DNA of 64,000 bases from Candidatus Adlerbacteria bacterium (GTDB lineage: Bacteria > Patescibacteriota > Minisyncoccia > Phycocordibacterales > SBAW01), in NCBI GenBank assembly GCA_903819895.1, contig CAIJFH010000027.1, positions 1,675-65,674 on the forward strand, written 5' to 3'. Of the stretch, positions 46,628 through 57,248 are shown one piece after another. The notes beneath the pieces are model-generated. The model did no database searches. It was given only the letters and a program-made list of their open reading frames with translations, and was not told the origin of the DNA. Position numbers and translations under genes: made by a program. Position 1 is the first letter of the stretch; each line of letters opens with the position of its first letter.

Positions 46628-47236
46628 ATGCATATATTTTTTATCCGGCACGGCGAGACGACGGGTGACGTAGAGAATCGCTACGGCGGCACATACGACG
46701 ACCATTTGTCCGAAAAGGGGGTCGAGCAAGTGGGCGCACTTGCCGAGGCGCTGCGCGGCAAGGGGATACAAACAATTTTCTCTAGCCCGCTCATTCGCGC
46801 ACAAGAAACATCTCAGCTACTTGCTGGTGCGCTCGACTGCCCAGTACAAACCATTGCCGACTTGCGCGAGCGCAATCAGTACAGTTTTTTGTCGGGCATG
46901 AAAAAGGACGAGGCGCTAGAGCGCTACCCACAGGAGGTCGAGCTGCTCAAAAATCGATACAACACCATTGCTGGTGCGGAGTCGTACGAGGATTTTAGTG
47001 CGCGCATTGCAGAGGTGTTTCGATCAATTGCAAGCACTGTCGAGCATGAGTCCATCGCGATGGTCTCTCACGGTGGGCCGGTGCGCGTTTTGTTTCGCGA
47101 CATTCTACAATGGGGCGAGATGAAAGAGATTGGCGACTGCGCGTTTGTCGAATTACAAAAAACGGGCGACACCTATTCCTACATCACCTCGAGCGGATTG
47201 GTTCCCGCATTTGGTTTTGAGGAGCACACAGTGTAA
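46628..47236 (+). CDS. Histidine phosphatase family protein (phosphoglycerate mutase-like), paralog 1
   Basis: FIRHGET and the catalytic His (SHGG) are present. Confidence 0.8.
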   Translation: MHIFFIRHGETTGDVENRYGGTYDDHLSEKGVEQVGALAEALRGKGIQTIFSSPLIRAQETSQLLAGALDCPVQTIADLRERNQYSFLSGMKKDEALERYPQEVELLKNRYNTIAGAESYEDFSARIAEVFRSIASTVEHESIAMVSHGGPVRVLFRDILQWGEMKEIGDCAFVELQKTGDTYSYITSSGLVPAFGFEEHTV

Positions 47237-47314
47237 TTACCAACACGTATACAAAGGACTGTCCTTGGTAGTGATGTGGTAGTCAAACCGGCGGATTTCA
47301 GTTACTATGCGGCG

Positions 47315-48415
47315 ATGGCGCTACGCATCGGCATTGTTGGGCTCCCCAATGTGGGCAAGTCGACACTCTTTCAAGCACTCACTAAAAAGAGTGTCTTGGT
47401 GGCCAATTACCCTTTTGCAACCATCGACCCATCGGTTGGTGTTGTTGCTGTGCCCGACGAGCGGCTCGACCAGTTGGCAGCATTTTCCGAATCGGCAAAA
47501 AAGGTGCCCGCCGCTGTCGAGTTTGTCGACATTGCGGGGCTGGTCAAGGGTGCCTCCGAGGGCGAGGGGCTTGGCAACCAGTTTCTCTCGCATATCCGCG
47601 AGGTAGATGCGATCGCCCACATGGTGCGCATTTTTGACAACACGGACATTATGCATGTTGATGGCGAGGTCGAGCCGCTGCGCGATATCGAGACCATCAA
47701 CCTGGAGCTGATTTTGGCCGACCTCGAGACGGTCGAGAAGCGTCTATCATCCCTGGAGCGCGAGGTGAAGAGGGGTAATAAAGAGATTGCCACCGAGCAC
47801 GCGGCGATTCAAAAAGCACACGAGATGCTCCGCGACAGCAAGCTCGCACGTACTGCCGACTACACACCCGAGGAGCTACTCTCCATCAAAGGTCTCCACT
47901 TGTTGACCATGAAGCCGATGCTGTATGTGCTCAATCGCGAGGCGGGTGGGCATAATATCGACGAGCAGCGCGACGGCCGCTGGGAGAAAGTGCAGCATTT
48001 TTTTGAGACAACCGGCGCGTCGTACACCTTTGTGGATGCAAATATCGAAAATGAGTTGCGCGACCTGCACACCGAGGACAAAGCGACCTTTCGTCAAGAG
48101 TATGGCGTCGAGGATGACGGGGTCAATGGGCTGATCCGCGCGGGCTATGCGCTCTTGGGGTTGATGAGTTTTTTTACCACCGGCCCCGATGAGACGCGCG
48201 CATGGACAATCCCCGTTGGCTCGACTGCGCCCGAGGCAGGTGCGGCGATCCACACCGATTTTAAAGATAAATTTATCCGCGCCGAGGTGATCAACTGGCA
48301 GCAACTCATCCAATCGGGCTCCTATGCCAAAGCGCGCGAGCAGGGGTTGGTGCGCACCGAGGGCAAAGAATATGTTGTCCACAATGGCGATGTGATGGAA
48401 TTTTTGCACTCATAG
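47315..48415 (+). CDS. ychF: Ribosome-binding ATPase YchF
   Basis: IGIVGLPNVGKSTLF, the TGS domain and the C-terminus GDVMEFLHS are present. The start is ATG 47315. Confidence 0.92.
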   Translation: MALRIGIVGLPNVGKSTLFQALTKKSVLVANYPFATIDPSVGVVAVPDERLDQLAAFSESAKKVPAAVEFVDIAGLVKGASEGEGLGNQFLSHIREVDAIAHMVRIFDNTDIMHVDGEVEPLRDIETINLELILADLETVEKRLSSLEREVKRGNKEIATEHAAIQKAHEMLRDSKLARTADYTPEELLSIKGLHLLTMKPMLYVLNREAGGHNIDEQRDGRWEKVQHFFETTGASYTFVDANIENELRDLHTEDKATFRQEYGVEDDGVNGLIRAGYALLGLMSFFTTGPDETRAWTIPVGSTAPEAGAAIHTDFKDKFIRAEVINWQQLIQSGSYAKAREQGLVRTEGKEYVVHNGDVMEFLHS

Positions 48416-48496
48416 CAACACACTATATTCGTTTTTTGAAATGCAAAAGGTGTGGTATGCTAAGTTGACTTTAGCACTAACGCATCCTCTATCTCT

Positions 48497-49519
48497 ATGG
48501 ATAAACCAAAGACGACGCCGAAGGATTTCTTTTTGTGGGCAGGGGTAGTCGCCGCGCTCTATGTCAGCGTATTTAACTACATCGCGCTCGTGTGGGATTA
48601 CATCAACTACGCCTTCCCAACGCCAACGACCGCAACGTACTACGTCGACCCCTACCAAAACGGCATCAGTTGGGAGATGGCGACGCTCATCGTGCTCTCG
48701 CCCGTCTGTTTTGGCTTGTTGTTGCTGATCCGTCGCGACATTGTGCGCGACCCGGTGCGGCGCGAGTTGTGGGTGCGGCGCTGGGCGCTGTTTCTCACCC
48801 TGTTTATCGCGGGCGCAACAGCGGTGGTCGACCTCATCTACGTTTTGTACGCATTCCTCAACGGCACCGATGTGACCGCACAGTTTTTGCTCAAGGCGTT
48901 GGTGGTGCTGCTCGTTGCAGCGATGGTCTTTATGCACTTTATCGCCGATCTGTGGAACTATTGGGAGCAGTATCCGCGCCGCAACCGCTCGGTTGTTGTC
49001 GCCGTGGGCGCGCTGGTGTTGGTGACTATTGTTGCAGGGTTCTTTATTGTCGGCACACCACAGCAAGCGCGGACCTACCGCCAAGATGCACAGCGCGTGT
49101 CCGACCTGCAAACCATCCAGTATCAAATCACCAACTATTGGCAGCACACGCAGACACTCCCCACAACCCTGGCCGAGGTGCGCGACCCACTTTCGGGTGT
49201 CACCATCCCTGTCGACCCGGCAACCGGCGCGCCGTATGTCTACCAAGCAATGGGCGCAACCTCGTTTAAAATCTGCGCGACCTTTGGTGCCGTAAGCCAG
49301 CAGGGGCAGACATACCCCAACAGCCCGTATTCATTGCAATCTGCGCCGATTGCGCAACCAACAGCAACAGTACCAGCCGAGCCCGCGGGCCTTGGCGGCG
49401 GCGCAGAACTAACTGACACCTGGCAGCATGCAGCAGGGGAGGTGTGCTTTGCTCGCACCATCAACCCCAAGTTGTATCCACCGATTACCACCCAAGCCGC
49501 GATGCCAGCGGGGAAGTAA
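48497..49519 (+). CDS. Membrane protein with C-terminal pilin/pseudopilin-like domain (hypothetical)
   Basis: There are 4-5 TM helices. The C-terminus RQDAQRVSDLQTIQYQITNYW...LPTTLAEVRDP...PVDPATGAPYVYQ resembles a GspG/type IV pilin core. The call is inferential. Confidence 0.5.
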   Translation: MDKPKTTPKDFFLWAGVVAALYVSVFNYIALVWDYINYAFPTPTTATYYVDPYQNGISWEMATLIVLSPVCFGLLLLIRRDIVRDPVRRELWVRRWALFLTLFIAGATAVVDLIYVLYAFLNGTDVTAQFLLKALVVLLVAAMVFMHFIADLWNYWEQYPRRNRSVVVAVGALVLVTIVAGFFIVGTPQQARTYRQDAQRVSDLQTIQYQITNYWQHTQTLPTTLAEVRDPLSGVTIPVDPATGAPYVYQAMGATSFKICATFGAVSQQGQTYPNSPYSLQSAPIAQPTATVPAEPAGLGGGAELTDTWQHAAGEVCFARTINPKLYPPITTQAAMPAGK

Positions 49520-49558
49520 CATCACTACGGAGGTCCGTCCTCCGTATCTTGCATATAT

Positions 49559-52048
49559 ATGGAACAATACGATCACAAAAAAATAGAAAAAAAGTGGCAG
49601 CAGCGGTGGCGGGACACCAAGTTGTATCGCACTACCGAGGATTCGTCTAAGCCGAAGTCGTATGTGCTCGACATGTTCCCGTACCCATCCGGCGAGGGGC
49701 TGCATGTTGGTCACCCCAAAGGATACATCGCGACCGACATTTACTCGCGCTACAAGCGGATGCAGGGGCACAATGTACTGCACCCAATGGGCTGGGATGC
49801 GTTTGGTTTGCCTGCCGAAAATTACGCACTCAAAAACAAAGTCCACCCGCGTGTCGCGGTCGAGAAGAACATTGCCACGTTTAAAGACCAACTCGCGCAC
49901 ATTGGCTTTAATTATGATTGGGAGCGTGAGATCTCGACCACCGACCCGGCGTTTTACAAATGGACGCAATGGATTTTTTTGCAGATGTATAAAAAAGGGC
50001 TGGCGTTCCAATCCAACGAGCCGATTAACTGGTGCCCATCGTGCAAGACAGGGCTTGCCAACGAAGATCTTGACGGCAACACATGCGAGCGCTGTGGCAC
50101 CGTTGTCGAGAAAAAGCGCTTGCCGCAGTGGGTGCTCAAAATTACCGACTATGCCGACCGCATGCTCGCCGACCTCGACCTGCTCGACTGGCCCGAGCAC
50201 ATTAAAACCGCGCAGCGCAACTGGATCGGCCGCAGCGAGGGCGCAGAGATTGATTTTGCTATCGTTGGTTCAGATACAAAAATAAAAGTATTTACCACGC
50301 GCCCGGATACGCTGTTTGGTGCAACGTACATGGTGCTTGCGCCAGAGCACTCACTCGTCTCTTCACTCCTCAACGATACTGCGTCGGCAGTATCGAACAA
50401 GAAAGAGGTCGCAGCATATGTTGCGCAAGCCGCAAAAAAGACCGAGATTGAGCGTGGAGGCGATAAAGAAAAAACAGGCGTCGAGCTGCAAGGAATCAAG
50501 GCAATCAACCCAGCAAACAAAAAAGAAATTCCGATTTTTGTTGCCGATTATGTACTCGGCGGCTATGGCACAGGCGCCATCATGGCTGTGCCCGCGCACG
50601 ACGAACGCGATGCTGCTTTTGCTCGAGCCTACAAATTGCAAGCTAAAGCTGTGATAATTCCAAGAAATCTTGAAGTCCTGCACTCTTATGTGCCCAAAGG
50701 TCTGCCAGATAAAACAGATTCACAATATGACTCTGCACTAAGAGATCTTTCTTTGAAATATCTAGTGCACCCAATGGTGTTAGACGGAACTCTTATAAAC
50801 TCTGATCAATTTGATGGATTGTCAGTGGAGGAAGCAAAAAAGAAAATCACCGAGTTTGTTGGCGGGAAGATAGCGACGACGTACAAACTCAAGGACTGGG
50901 TGTTTTCGCGGCAGCGATACTGGGGCGAACCAATCCCGATCATCCACTGCCCAACACACGGTGCGGTCGCGGTGCCCGAGGAGCAGCTGCCGGTCTTGCT
51001 GCCCAACGTGGAGTCATATGAACCAAGCGGCACTGGCGAGTCGCCACTGGCGAATATGACTGAGTGGGTCAATACAACCTGCCCAACCTGCGGCGGCCCC
51101 GCCAAGCGCGAGACAAACACGATGCCGCAGTGGGCGGGCTCGTCGTGGTACTACCTGCGCTTTATGGATCCAAACAACAACACAGCGCTGGTTGGCAAAG
51201 ACAAAGAAAAATACTGGGCACCCGTTGATGTCTATGTCGGTGGCGACCACGCCGTGCGTCATCTCATTTATGCACGCTTTTGGCATAAATTTCTCTACGA
51301 TATTGGCACGGTGAGCACGGTTGAGCCCTTTGCGCGCCTCGAGTTCTTGGGTTTTATCCTTGCCGAAGACGGCCGCAAGATGAGCAAGCGCTACGGCAAC
51401 GTGATCAACCCAACTGAGGTGATTGCAAACTATGGCGCGGACGCATTTCGCATCTACGAGATGTTTATGGGTCCGTTTGAGAACACGGTCGCGTGGAACA
51501 TGGCGTCGATTGCAGGCACGACCCGTTTTGTCGAACGAGCGTGGGCGATACAAGACATGGTCACCAAGGATACATCTCCCGAATTGGAGGTGGTGTTACA
51601 TCAATCCATCAAGAAAGTGAGCGAGGACATCGAGGCGTTTAAATTTAATACCGCGGTGAGCCAACTCATGATACTGCTTAACGCGATAGAAAAGCAGGGT
51701 AGCATCGGGCGCGAGCAGTGGGACGTATGTCTGCGTCTTTTGGCACCACTTGCACCACACACCACCGAGGAGCTGTGGGAGAAATTGGGGCACACCGAGT
51801 CAATCCATGTTGCACCGTGGCCCACCTATGACCCAGCAAAGTTGGTGGCGAGTGTGGCAAAGGTGGCAGTGCAGGTCAACGGGAAGGTGCGCGCGGTGCT
51901 TGAGTTATCCACAACCGCGAGCGAGACGGAGGCGCTTGCAGCAGCGCGTGCCGAGCCCACAATCACCAAGTGGCTCAGCGAAGGGCGGGAGACAAAGGCG
52001 GTGTATGTGCCGGGCAAAATTATCAGCTTCGCGGTAGAGCCCCAGTAG
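49559..52048 (+). CDS. leuS: Leucyl-tRNA synthetase
   Basis: PYPSGEGLHVGHPKGY (HIGH) and KMSKR are present. The product is 829 aa. Confidence 0.95.
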   Translation: MEQYDHKKIEKKWQQRWRDTKLYRTTEDSSKPKSYVLDMFPYPSGEGLHVGHPKGYIATDIYSRYKRMQGHNVLHPMGWDAFGLPAENYALKNKVHPRVAVEKNIATFKDQLAHIGFNYDWEREISTTDPAFYKWTQWIFLQMYKKGLAFQSNEPINWCPSCKTGLANEDLDGNTCERCGTVVEKKRLPQWVLKITDYADRMLADLDLLDWPEHIKTAQRNWIGRSEGAEIDFAIVGSDTKIKVFTTRPDTLFGATYMVLAPEHSLVSSLLNDTASAVSNKKEVAAYVAQAAKKTEIERGGDKEKTGVELQGIKAINPANKKEIPIFVADYVLGGYGTGAIMAVPAHDERDAAFARAYKLQAKAVIIPRNLEVLHSYVPKGLPDKTDSQYDSALRDLSLKYLVHPMVLDGTLINSDQFDGLSVEEAKKKITEFVGGKIATTYKLKDWVFSRQRYWGEPIPIIHCPTHGAVAVPEEQLPVLLPNVESYEPSGTGESPLANMTEWVNTTCPTCGGPAKRETNTMPQWAGSSWYYLRFMDPNNNTALVGKDKEKYWAPVDVYVGGDHAVRHLIYARFWHKFLYDIGTVSTVEPFARLEFLGFILAEDGRKMSKRYGNVINPTEVIANYGADAFRIYEMFMGPFENTVAWNMASIAGTTRFVERAWAIQDMVTKDTSPELEVVLHQSIKKVSEDIEAFKFNTAVSQLMILLNAIEKQGSIGREQWDVCLRLLAPLAPHTTEELWEKLGHTESIHVAPWPTYDPAKLVASVAKVAVQVNGKVRAVLELSTTASETEALAAARAEPTITKWLSEGRETKAVYVPGKIISFAVEPQ

Positions 52049-52120
52049 GTCATCGTGTGCCGATGTGGCATAATTTGTTGACCAATAAAGTAATCCGTGA
52101 TACAACGTATTCACAACTAT

Positions 52121-53176
52121 ATGACACAACCAGTCGAGAAAACCGCCGACAAGACCAGCTTTAAGCCCAAAACAATCGTCAAAAAGCTCCTTTCTGCCTT
52201 GCCCGAGCGCTCGCGCATTGTGCTGGAGGCGCGTTTTGGCCTTGGTGCCGACACCGAGCGCGTCACGCTCGAGTCCATCGGCCAGCGCTACGGGATCACC
52301 CGCGAGCGTGTCCGCCAGATCGAAAACCACGCGATTGCCACTCTCAAAAAGTCGCCAACATTTGCCGACGCTGCAGTTGCCTTTGCCGAGCTGGAGCAGA
52401 TTATCGACTCGCTTGGCGGTATTGTCTGCGAGGATGACCTGTTGGCATTTATTACCAAAGACCGTTCGATGCAGAACCATATCTACTTCTTGCTTGTCTT
52501 GGGTGACCCGTTTAAATATCGCAAAGAGGATGATGAAATTGAGCGCTGCTGGTATGTCGACCAAGACCTCGCCAACAAGATCGAGAAATCGCTCCAGGCG
52601 CTCTACCACAGCATCTCCGACGAGGATCTGATCCCCGAGGGCGAAATGATCGACCGTTTTCTCAAACAGCTGGAGACCATCAACGACAAACACCACAACG
52701 ACGAGGTGCTCAAGCGCTGGCTTTCTATCTCTAAAAACATCGGCAAAAACCCGCTCGGCGAGTGGGGACATGCAGCGTCGCCAAACGTCAAAACCAAAGG
52801 CGTGCGCGACTACGCCTACCTTGCAGTCAAAAAGCATGGGAGCCCGCTCCACTTTCGCGAGGTGGCAAAGTTGATCGAGAAGACCTTCAACCGCGCGGCA
52901 CACGTGGCAACAACGCACAACGAGCTGATTAAAGACGACCGCTTTGTCTTGGTTGGTCGCGGCATGTACGCACTCAAAGAGTGGGGCTACACCTCGGGCG
53001 TGGTGCGCGACGTGATCCGCGAGATGCTCAAACGCGATGGTGCGCTCACTAAAGACGAGATCATCGACCGCGTGCTCAAAGAGCGTCACGTCAAGCCGGG
53101 CACGATTGTCGTCAACCTCCAAAACCAAAAATATTTTAAGCGCAGCAAAGAAGGGAAGTTCTCGGTAGTTCGCTAA
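52121..53176 (+). CDS. Sigma-70 region-4-like HTH domain protein with C-terminal winged-HTH-like domain; function unknown
   Basis: LPERSRIVLEARFGL...TLESIGQRYGITRERVRQIENHAIATLKK is a sigma70_r4 signature. There are no region 2 motifs. Confidence 0.6.
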   Translation: MTQPVEKTADKTSFKPKTIVKKLLSALPERSRIVLEARFGLGADTERVTLESIGQRYGITRERVRQIENHAIATLKKSPTFADAAVAFAELEQIIDSLGGIVCEDDLLAFITKDRSMQNHIYFLLVLGDPFKYRKEDDEIERCWYVDQDLANKIEKSLQALYHSISDEDLIPEGEMIDRFLKQLETINDKHHNDEVLKRWLSISKNIGKNPLGEWGHAASPNVKTKGVRDYAYLAVKKHGSPLHFREVAKLIEKTFNRAAHVATTHNELIKDDRFVLVGRGMYALKEWGYTSGVVRDVIREMLKRDGALTKDEIIDRVLKERHVKPGTIVVNLQNQKYFKRSKEGKFSVVR

Positions 53177-53210
53177 CAAACACTTCTCACCACAAACTAC
53201 AAAGCATCCG

Positions 53211-53600
53211 TTAGTGTCCACCACCAGCGGATGCTTTTGATTTAAAAAAGATAATCCAGATTGCAAGAAAGATGATGAGGAGGATGCTCACCACCGTGTT
53301 TGCCGTGTCGTAGCCAAACCAGGTTGCCACAAAGCGCAAAATCTCCCAAAAGATAAACGCTGCCGTGATCTGAAATGCGCCAGTCATTGCATCTATTTGC
53401 GCATGATGCTGGTGCTCGGCGTGGCCATCGTGGAGGAGTATGTAGCCCGACCCAGAGAGGAAGCCGCGCAAAAAGGTGGTAAACCCGTACGTTGCGAGCA
53501 CACACAAGCACGCGCCGATATAGAGGAGCGGATTGTCGAGCAGCGACTGCGAGAGCGTGTGGATCCAAATAGCAAAGTCGTTGAATGTTTGCATAGTCAT
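53211..53600 (-). CDS. Hypothetical membrane protein with His-rich segment (HDGHAEHQHH)
   Basis: The start is chosen at ATG 53598-53600 (MTMQTFND) to avoid overlapping the divergent gene. It encodes 3 TM helices. Confidence 0.45.
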   Translation of the reverse strand: MTMQTFNDFAIWIHTLSQSLLDNPLLYIGACLCVLATYGFTTFLRGFLSGSGYILLHDGHAEHQHHAQIDAMTGAFQITAAFIFWEILRFVATWFGYDTANTVVSILLIIFLAIWIIFFKSKASAGGGH

Positions 53601-53642
53601 GACTGGTGGATGTCCCGTATCGTACGGTATACTATACCATGT

Positions 53643-54989
53643 ATGTTTCTGCACACCGAAGCAGCAAAGACCGCCGACAAGCTCAGCAGCAAAGGTGTCG
53701 AGCCCATTGTCGCCGCGAGTGCGTACCTTGTACTGCTTTGCATTTTTGTGACCATCTACGACCCGGGTGCGGTGTACAACTTTGTATTTTCGACCGTTGT
53801 CACCGCGCCGTTTTGGTTGCCGTTTTTTATGCTCACGATTTTTTGGATTATCTGGATGCACTATGTCCGCTTTGTATTCTTTTTCTCAAATAGAAATGTC
53901 TTGCTGGAGGTGCAGCTCCCGCCCGAGGTAGAAAAATCGCCACTGACAATCGAGCTCTTTCTCGCCACGCTCAACAACTCCGGCGGCGAGGCGACCATTC
54001 TTGCCCGCGCATGGAGAGGTCAACATCGTGCCATCTGGTCGCTCGAGATCGCCAGCAACGAGGGGCGCATCGGGTTTTATATCCGCACACGCGATGGCTA
54101 CCGCCACATTATCGAGGCGCGCATCTATGGCCAGTTCCCCGAGGCAAAAGTGTTCGAGGTAGACGACTATGTCAACCAAATCCCACCCGACACCAAGGGC
54201 TACACGGTGTGGGGCAACGAGTTTAAAAAAGGCGAACCACAAGCGCTGCCGATCCGCACCTATGTCGACTTTAAAATGGATAAGGATCCGAAAGAGGAGT
54301 TTAAGATTGATCCGCTTGCCAACCTGCTCGAGCTCTTGGGCCAAATCGGCCCAGGCGAACACTTGTGGTTTCAAATTATTCTCAAAGCACGCAAAGCAGA
54401 CGAGTGGTACGGTTTCTATCTCGATGGGGACAGCTACAAAGACGCTGCCAAAAAAGAAATCAAAGCGATTATGGCAGGAGCGGCGGCACGCGCAAAAGAG
54501 GTGATTGCCGAAAATGACATCACCGAGGGCAAGACGTCGCTCCTCACCGATGGCGAAAAGCGCCGCATCGACGCCATCGAGCGTGCCATGAGCAAGCCAG
54601 TGTTTGAGTGCGGCCTGCGCGGCGTGTACATCGCAAAAAATGAACTGTTTAACGGCATCAACGTGCCTGGCGTCATCAACCTTCTTGGACAATTTAAAGG
54701 CGGGGTAGAGTACAACGGCTTTATCCCCACCCGCGGCTTGGCGTTTATGGATTACCCTTGGCAGGATTATAAAGATTATCGCAAGAGCCGCATCGCCAAG
54801 CAGGTGTTTTTCCACTACAAGCATCGTGCATACTTTTACGTGCCGTACGACCAAGTGCCGGTCTTTCTCAATACCGAAGAGATCGCATCGCTGTGGCACT
54901 TCCCGGGCTCGAGCATCCGCACACCGGGGTTGTCGCGCGTACCGTCGCGCCGCGGCGAGGCGCCGGTCAATTTGCCGACGGGGCAATAA
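53643..54989 (+). CDS. Hypothetical membrane-anchored protein (2 N-terminal TM helices plus large Lys-rich soluble domain)
   Basis: The start is ATG 53643 (MFLHTEAAKT). There is no recognisable motif. Confidence 0.5.
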   Translation: MFLHTEAAKTADKLSSKGVEPIVAASAYLVLLCIFVTIYDPGAVYNFVFSTVVTAPFWLPFFMLTIFWIIWMHYVRFVFFFSNRNVLLEVQLPPEVEKSPLTIELFLATLNNSGGEATILARAWRGQHRAIWSLEIASNEGRIGFYIRTRDGYRHIIEARIYGQFPEAKVFEVDDYVNQIPPDTKGYTVWGNEFKKGEPQALPIRTYVDFKMDKDPKEEFKIDPLANLLELLGQIGPGEHLWFQIILKARKADEWYGFYLDGDSYKDAAKKEIKAIMAGAAARAKEVIAENDITEGKTSLLTDGEKRRIDAIERAMSKPVFECGLRGVYIAKNELFNGINVPGVINLLGQFKGGVEYNGFIPTRGLAFMDYPWQDYKDYRKSRIAKQVFFHYKHRAYFYVPYDQVPVFLNTEEIASLWHFPGSSIRTPGLSRVPSRRGEAPVNLPTGQ

Positions 54990-55013
54990 TCAACAACGTC
55001 TTCTTGTATTTCT

Positions 55014-56018
55014 ATGGAACCGTCACGTTTTACGAACACGCAGTGGTATATCGAGCAGTGGCAGCGCTATAATCGCTTGCTGCCAACCGCATTTCTCTTT
55101 GGCATACTCTGTTTCCTGATTTATTTTGTGACTCTCGCAGCACCACTCGATTTCCCCACGGCGACCTACCTCAAAATTAGTCCGGGCGAAACGTCCGCGC
55201 AGGTGGCACAGGATCTGGCCGAGCGACAGATTATCCAATCGGCACCGATTTTTACCCACATCCTCGCGCTCTACAAAAAACAGGGCGAGCCCGCACCGGG
55301 CGAATACTTCTTCCCTGGGCCAGAGGGGGTGATTGTGGTTGCCAAGCGCATTGCCCGTGGCGACTTCGAGCTCACCCCTGTGCGCGTGACGATCCCCGAA
55401 GGCGCAAACTCGCACGAGATGGGGGATTTGCTCGCGCAAAAATTGCCCGACTTCGACGAGCCAGCATTCCTCCGTGACGCACAACCCAAAGAGGGGTACT
55501 TGTTTCCTGACACCTACTTTTTTCTCCCGGGGCAAAACCCCGACACCGTGTTGACCATGCTGTCCAACAATTTTGCCAACCATGTGGCACAGGCGCAGGT
55601 CGTGCAGGCAATCACCACGTTTGGAAAACCATTGCCCGATGTGGTCACGATGGCATCGCTGCTCGAAAAAGAGGCGCCGAAGACGGCAGATCGAAAGATT
55701 ATTGCAGGTATCTTGTGGCGGCGCATCGCGATCGGCATGCCGCTGCAGGTGGACGCGGTTTTTCCCTACATCATGGGCAAAAACTCCTTCCAACTCACGC
55801 GCGCCGACCTCCGGACACCATCGCCCTACAACACCTATGTCAACAAAGGTCTGCCCGTGGGGCCGATTACCAACCCGGGACTTGATGCGATTCTCGACGC
55901 AGTGACCCCAACCAAGACGCCATATCTCTACTACCTCTCCGACATGCACGGGAACATGCACTACAGCAAGACCTATGCCGAGCAGCTCGCCAACCAGAAA
56001 AAATATCTCTCCAATTAA
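55014..56018 (+). CDS. mltG: Endolytic murein transglycosylase MltG (YceG-like)
   Basis: An N-terminal TM helix, EGYLFPDTYFF and YNTYVNKGLPVGPITNPG are present. Confidence 0.88.
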   Translation: MEPSRFTNTQWYIEQWQRYNRLLPTAFLFGILCFLIYFVTLAAPLDFPTATYLKISPGETSAQVAQDLAERQIIQSAPIFTHILALYKKQGEPAPGEYFFPGPEGVIVVAKRIARGDFELTPVRVTIPEGANSHEMGDLLAQKLPDFDEPAFLRDAQPKEGYLFPDTYFFLPGQNPDTVLTMLSNNFANHVAQAQVVQAITTFGKPLPDVVTMASLLEKEAPKTADRKIIAGILWRRIAIGMPLQVDAVFPYIMGKNSFQLTRADLRTPSPYNTYVNKGLPVGPITNPGLDAILDAVTPTKTPYLYYLSDMHGNMHYSKTYAEQLANQKKYLSN

Positions 56019-56087
56019 AGGTGTCAGGAACCTTTTATACCTCTTTATCTCTTTGCGCCACAACGCAAAATGCGCTACTGTCGTGCT

Positions 56088-57197
56088 ATGAACGTGTTTG
56101 TCGGACTCTCGGGCGGGGTGGACTCCGCCGTATCAGCAGCACTGCTCCAGCAGCAGGGTTTTGACGTGGTCGGTGTGTTTATCCGCATCGCGCTGCCGGG
56201 CTACCCATGCACCGCCGGCACCGACAAGATCGAGGCGATGCGTGTCGCGGCACATCTCCACATCCCGTTTATCGAGATTGATTTGTCGAGTGAGTACGAG
56301 CAGGCAGTGTTCCAGACGAGCGTGCGCGAGTTTGCAAAGGGCAACACACCCAACCCCGACACCTTGTGCAACAAAGAAATCAAGTTTGGTGTCTTTTACC
56401 ACTGGGCGATGGCGCACGGCGCCGACCTGGTCGCCACGGGGCACTACGCACAATTGCAACACAACGCCGACGGCTCGGTCGAACTCTTGGCAGGCAAAGA
56501 TGCAGAGAAGGATCAAAGCTACTTTTTGTGGATGGTGCCCGAGGAGGCGCTGCGGCACACCCGCTTTCCGGTTGGTGGGATGGAAAAGCGCGAGGTCCGC
56601 GCACTGGCAAAAAAGTTTGCACTCCCCAACGCCACGCGCAAAGACAGTCAGGGCTTATGCTTTCTTGGTGACATATCAATCGCACAAATGCTCAACAAAG
56701 AACTGACTCTCGTGCCGGGTGATGTGTTGTCAGAGCAAGGGGAGGTGATTGGCACACACGATGGCGCAGCGCTCTACACTTTGGGGCAGCGGCACGGGTT
56801 TATGGTCACGGCACTTCCAACAAAAAATCAGACAAGAGAAAACGAGCAGGTGCATTCGAAAGAGTTACTGCCCCATTTTGTAATCTCAAAAGACATAGCA
56901 CACAACACAATTACTGTGTCGACCGAGCGATATCCAAAGAATAAAACCTGCACGAGTGTCTTGCTGCGTAACGTGCAGTGGATTGGTGACGTGGCACCCG
57001 GCGCATGCAGCGCGCGCTTTCGCTATCGACAAGAACTGATTCCCGCTACACTCGAGCACCCCACGAGCAATAGCGAGAACCGTGCGACCGTGATACTACA
57101 GGCGCCACACTATGTGCCCGAGGGCCAGTCGTTGGTGCTCTACCGAGGCGAGCGTTGCTTAGGCGGTGGGATCATCGAGCGCGGGGAATTGGGGTGA
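56088..57197 (+). CDS. mnmA: tRNA-specific 2-thiouridylase MnmA
   Basis: VGLSGGVDSAV (PP-loop) and CNKEIKFGVF are present. The start is ATG 56088. Confidence 0.9.
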   Translation: MNVFVGLSGGVDSAVSAALLQQQGFDVVGVFIRIALPGYPCTAGTDKIEAMRVAAHLHIPFIEIDLSSEYEQAVFQTSVREFAKGNTPNPDTLCNKEIKFGVFYHWAMAHGADLVATGHYAQLQHNADGSVELLAGKDAEKDQSYFLWMVPEEALRHTRFPVGGMEKREVRALAKKFALPNATRKDSQGLCFLGDISIAQMLNKELTLVPGDVLSEQGEVIGTHDGAALYTLGQRHGFMVTALPTKNQTRENEQVHSKELLPHFVISKDIAHNTITVSTERYPKNKTCTSVLLRNVQWIGDVAPGACSARFRYRQELIPATLEHPTSNSENRATVILQAPHYVPEGQSLVLYRGERCLGGGIIERGELG

Positions 57198-57248
57198 CGT
57201 GTTGATAACTTGCCACACGCGCCAAGAGAAAGAGCGTATACTCTGAGT

